Part shown: piece after piece, positions 62,139 to 64,000 of the stretch | Position numbering within the stretch: the first letter of the stretch is position 1 | Layout: every line of letters begins with the position of its first letter | Assembly: GCA_046753445.1 (NCBI GenBank) | Contig: JBHHTQ010000002.1 | Coordinates: 19,555 to 83,554 of the forward strand | Length of the DNA stretch: 64,000 bases | Direction of reading: 5' to 3' | Source: Anaerolineae bacterium | Lineage (GTDB): Bacteria > Chloroflexota > Anaerolineae > Promineifilales > Promineifilaceae | The notes under the pieces: model-generated | The model's input: the letters and a program-made list of their open reading frames with translations, nothing else | Told to the model about the DNA's origin: nothing | Database searches by the model: none | Position numbers and translations under genes: made by a program

Positions 62139-64000
62139 TTACGGAGACCTGTTTACCGGTAACAACAAGAAAGGCGCACCGTCATCCGCCAACAAATTCT
62201 GACAAGGGCCATGCGTACAGGTGTCCGGATTGTACACGCCGAGGCGGAACCGGACAGGAACGGCCGTGTCTGGCTCTAATGCGTGATGTTGCACCAGGAT
62301 GTCCCCCGGCTTCCAGTGCATGGCCGGGGCATCCAGACTGTCATGCTGGCTGATGATGTTGCCATTCGCATCAAGTAAGTGCAGGAAGAAGCGGCGGGAG
62401 CCGGTGGGAGAAGCGACAACTTGCCAGTAAGTGATTAAGTGGTTAGGAGAGGGGGCGTCGTATCCCAGGAATAGCAACTGATCTTCAAAGTTGGCACTGT
62501 CCGGATATTGGGGCTGGAGGGGCGGGGGGAAGTGCAGCGTGTACAGTGTGAAAGTGGCACGTCTTTCAACTTTTGCGCCCCAGAGGATGAGTTGGGCTTC
62601 AAGGTCGGGGGCAAACTCGCGGATGTTGGGACGGATGATGCGGACTGCGTCACTTTCTTTGGGCAGAATGAGCGTATTGATAGGTGCGGTCATTGAATCC
62701 GAGCCAAAGTAGCGAAGGCTTAAATCGTCACGGCGCATGCTCAATGCCATCGTGGGCGGATCCATGGTGGCGGGCGACCAGCCGCCAATGGCAGTTGGAG
62801 TGAGGTCGGAAGAGGTATCGAGATAAGCGGCCGTGTCCGTCAAAGCTGCCTGCCATACAAACTGAACTTCATCATTTTGCGGCCATACAGTAAAGGTGTT
62901 CTTCACCGTCCCGCCTATATAGTATAGAAGCAGAATTGTCAAGATCAGTTTACCCCCGATTTTAGGCGTTTCTGTGGATAACTTGGGGAAAACTGTGGAT
63001 AACTGCCCTGAAATGTGAATAACTTGGGCGGGAAAGAGGGTTAGAATCGGCAAGCTATTGATAATACGAATCGTGCTGGGCGCGTTTATAGTGACTATGC
63101 TGGGTATTGCTGAGGTTAAAAGCCAAAGTAGTAAAAAAGCATACCGGCTATCCTGCAAACGCCATAGATTGACAGTCAGGCTTAGATAAAAGAGGGTGGC
63201 GATGATGGGTTCAAATACTGGCAATCCGGCTATATTTTGTCGCCATAGGGGATCGCCCCGGAAGCCGAACATACCTAATACCTTTAGACTGTTTTCTAAC
63301 ACCGGACGTATGTTGCCTTCCTGCAAAGCGCGCAGTGGCGCATCGATCTCGGTGATGCGAAACTCAGCCCCGGGGTTGGTTTGCAGGTAGAGAAACAGGG
63401 GCGCGGAAACGGCCGTCATCACCACAGTAAACAATAATATCCCGTGCCATCGTCGCTTGAGGTCTGGCCAATGAAATATAGCCAGGTAGGTGATGAACAG
63501 CCCGTAAAACAGGGGGACAGCGCGACCGGCCATATAGGTGTGCAGGCTGAGGCCGGCAAAGAGACCGGACAGGGTGAAAAGGTGATGGGGTGACAAGGCG
63601 ACAGGGTGATTTTTACTCTCTAGTCTCCTGGTTCCAGTTCCCAATCTCCAGGCGCGCCACCAAAAGTAGGCGGAAAGGCCGGAGAGGAGGGGTAGGGTGA
63701 TGGCGCGTAAACCGAGGCGGCTGTAGAAGACGGGCCAAAACAGGATTGCCAGCAGTCCAGCGGAAATCAGCGCCGTATCTTTGCTAAACATCCGCCGGGC
63801 GAGAGCATAACTTACCGCCACCAGCAACAATCCTGCAAATGCGGCCGGCAGGCGCAGGGCCAGGGCGTGATCCCCAACGAGCGCCACAAAGGCTGCCTGT
63901 AGGTAGTGGAAGCCGGCTTCATGCCCGTAAGCGGCCGTGTAGTAGACCGCGTAGTTCCCCTGGTCCAGGATGGAGCGGTCAATCAGCCAGTTGGCGACTT
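62139..64000 (-). CDS. GT39/ArnT-like (PMT family) membrane glycosyltransferase, 5' end beyond the window
   Basis: The reading frame stays open to the window edge (…VANWLIDRSILDQGNYAVYYTAAYGHEAGFHYLQAAFVALVGDHALALRLPAAFAGLL…). Polytopic N-terminal half plus a soluble C-terminal domain, as in ArnT/PMT-type enzymes. Confidence 0.8.
   Translation of the reverse strand, partial: VANWLIDRSILDQGNYAVYYTAAYGHEAGFHYLQAAFVALVGDHALALRLPAAFAGLLLVAVSYALARRMFSKDTALISAGLLAILFWPVFYSRLGLRAITLPLLSGLSAYFWWRAWRLGTGTRRLESKNHPVALSPHHLFTLSGLFAGLSLHTYMAGRAVPLFYGLFITYLAIFHWPDLKRRWHGILLFTVVMTAVSAPLFLYLQTNPGAEFRITEIDAPLRALQEGNIRPVLENSLKVLGMFGFRGDPLWRQNIAGLPVFEPIIATLFYLSLTVNLWRLQDSRYAFLLLWLLTSAIPSIVTINAPSTIRIINSLPILTLFPAQVIHISGQLSTVFPKLSTETPKIGGKLILTILLLYYIGGTVKNTFTVWPQNDEVQFVWQAALTDTAAYLDTSSDLTPTAIGGWSPATMDPPTMALSMRRDDLSLRYFGSDSMTAPINTLILPKESDAVRIIRPNIREFAPDLEAQLILWGAKVERRATFTLYTLHFPPPLQPQYPDSANFEDQLLFLGYDAPSPNHLITYWQVVASPTGSRRFFLHLLDANGNIISQHDSLDAPAMHWKPGDILVQHHALEPDTAVPVRFRLGVYNPDTCTHGPCQNLLADDGAPFLLLPVNRSP
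63570..63652. repeat. short tandem 8-mer (x5) and 7-mer (about x6) arrays inside the GT39 coding sequence
   Basis: Plus strand: CAGGGTGA AAAGGTGA TGGGGTGA CAAGGCGA CAGGGTGA, then TTTTACT CTCTAGT CTCCTGG TTCCAGT TCCCAAT CTCCAGG. Encodes WRLGTGTRRLESKNHPVALSPHHLFTLS on the minus strand. Confidence 0.7.

Noticed and set aside
1-64000. Selenoprotein genes (an in-frame TGA joining two adjacent same-frame ORFs), given the presence of selC.
   Set aside because: I found no pair of abutting ORFs with continuous homology across a TGA. The only split gene (the SDR) is split by a frameshift and not by a TGA codon.

Overview
GC-rich bacterial chromosomal segment with about 50 genes. Gene content suggests an aerobic, Chloroflexota-like or other monoderm-type filamentous bacterium, with caa3 oxidase plus Bacillus-type CtaG, Pro/Thr-linker surface proteins and Tad pseudopilins. 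That taxonomic guess is inference only.

Left to right:
- ECF sigma factor and DegV.
- A complete caa3-type cytochrome c oxidase operon (II-I-IV-III) with CtaG, SURF1 and a YtkA/FixH-like putative Cu chaperone.
- An OmpR/histidine-kinase pair.
- A 9-kb same-strand run of ion and membrane homeostasis genes: TerC, RCK-gated CPA2 antiporter, DedA, second CPA2 antiporter, P-II-like protein, Ca-type P-ATPase, AI-2E permease.
- A small low-GC islet bounded by MITE-like repeats, carrying a decayed SDR gene and a YciI-like gene.
- Transglutaminase, GAF-PAS adenylate cyclase, lipoprotein metalloprotease, methyltransferase, and a 7-bladed FG-GAP surface protein.
- Two coiled-coil membrane proteins, one with a ComEA-like HhH domain, and an SLC12-like cation-chloride cotransporter.
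- FHA protein, a Memo-like protein with a PqqD/RRE-like N-domain, a BldC/excisionase-like HTH protein, and ftsZ.
- Fused aconitase X, USP, NhaP antiporter, UbiD, and an SH3/TolB-like lipoprotein.
- A cluster of Tad-type pseudopilin fusions (TadE-adhesin, BNR propeller, TadE, TadG-PQQ propeller).
- tRNA-Sec (selC), greA, a ClC channel, and a partial GT39 glycosyltransferase.

The most unusual signals are not genes:
1. The palindrome CGGCCG (RCGGCCGY) is massively over-represented in both genes and spacers. Its density drops in three compositionally atypical segments.
2. Short 7-8-nt tandem arrays, some palindromic, sit at gene 3' ends. Two run into stop codons and one lies inside a coding sequence.
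3. A roughly 105-bp double-hairpin MITE-like element occurs in five copies or fragments.

The best candidates for undescribed biology are the RRE-Memo fusion with a tightly packed 42-codon ORF, the pseudopilin-fused giant surface proteins, and the P-II-like protein embedded among cation transporters. No CRISPR array, integrase, transposase or rRNA was seen.
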